This document shows, piece by piece, positions 63,637 through 64,000 of a DNA stretch of 64,000 bases. The notes under the pieces are model-generated. The model was not told the origin of the DNA, did no database searches, and saw only the letters and a list, made by a program, of their open reading frames with translations. The DNA lies in NCBI GenBank assembly GCA_902489965.1, contig CABUCA010000001.1, positions 3,823 to 67,822 on the forward strand. The letters run 5' to 3'. Position numbers and translations under genes: made by a program. Position 1 is the first letter of the stretch. Each line of letters begins with the position of its first letter. The stretch is from an uncultured Collinsella sp. (GTDB lineage: Bacteria; Actinomycetota; Coriobacteriia; Coriobacteriales; Coriobacteriaceae).

Positions 63637-64000
63637 CTAAAGCTGCCTCCTGGGCGGCATCCGCTATCGGATAGCCGTCCTCGTCCTTTTCGATCGCAAG
63701 CGTGGCGGGAACGTTTTCCAGCGCACGCGTGATGCGCTCGGCCTCATCGGTCGAGCGATCGATGCGAAAATCGAGCTCGGGCGTGACACGCCAATCGAGC
63801 GAGCGAGCCAACAGGCTGCGAATACGGCCCTTGGCGCTTGCGAGCGCCTCCATGACCTCGTCGTAGCGACTCGCATCGCACGACACGTACACACGCGCGA
63901 ACGAACGGTCCACCGCGACCTCGACCGCGGTCAAAGTAACCAGGTCGAGACGCGGATCGGAAACCTCAAAGAGCAGGATATAACCGAGCTTCTCGCGAAG
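63629..64000 (-). CDS. rbfA: Ribosome-binding factor A (5' end runs off the window)
   Basis: LREKLGYILLFEVSDPRLDLVTLTAVEVAVDRSFARVYVS... matches RbfA. The frame is open to the window edge. Confidence 0.85.
   Translation of the reverse strand, partial: LREKLGYILLFEVSDPRLDLVTLTAVEVAVDRSFARVYVSCDASRYDEVMEALASAKGRIRSLLARSLDWRVTPELDFRIDRSTDEAERITRALENVPATLAIEKDEDGYPIADAAQEAALDD

Overview
Visibly GC-rich bacterial chromosomal core region (GC not computed). The gene order resembles a Gram-positive anaerobic actinobacterium, and I suspect Coriobacteriia; this is inference only. Conserved blocks include ptsI-ptsH, recN-nadK-tlyA-xseB-nusB-asp23-efp, aroK/aroB-like, mltG-ruvX-alaS, ileS-lspA-rluD, ftsH, thyA-folA, ffh-ftsY-smc-rnc-acpP-plsX-rpmF, coaD-rsmD-recG-DAK2-asp23, tRNA-Asn x2, rpoD-dnaG, and ribF-truB-nrnA-rbfA. 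I call about 58 protein genes, two identical tandem tRNA-Asn(GUU) genes, one ileS T-box leader (AUC specifier), one decayed cobO/btuR remnant, and several hairpin terminators. Almost every gene is on the minus strand. Only three intact genes are on the plus strand (an RpiR regulator, an Fe-ADH/glycerol-dehydrogenase-like enzyme and a DUF134-NifX fusion), plus the cobO remnant. The long plus-strand ORFs in the track that overlap minus-strand genes are antisense shadows typical of high-GC DNA. I see no transposase, integrase, prophage, CRISPR array or recognisable defence island, so I cannot honestly claim a clear new multi-gene system. The items most worth a second look are: (1) a DUF134 HTH fused to a NifX/NifB-like domain with a 12-His/6-Cys tail, preceded by two copies of a TCTGACATATG(C/T)CAGA palindrome; (2) an AroB-fold protein whose NAD, metal and catalytic motifs look degenerate; (3) a 159-bp nested hairpin and a separate two-copy palindromic repeat family; (4) a structured roughly 230-nt spacer between ileS and lspA; (5) a DUF948 / degenerate RsbW-like / SigB-F-like sigma / AI-2E permease operon with no STAS partner.
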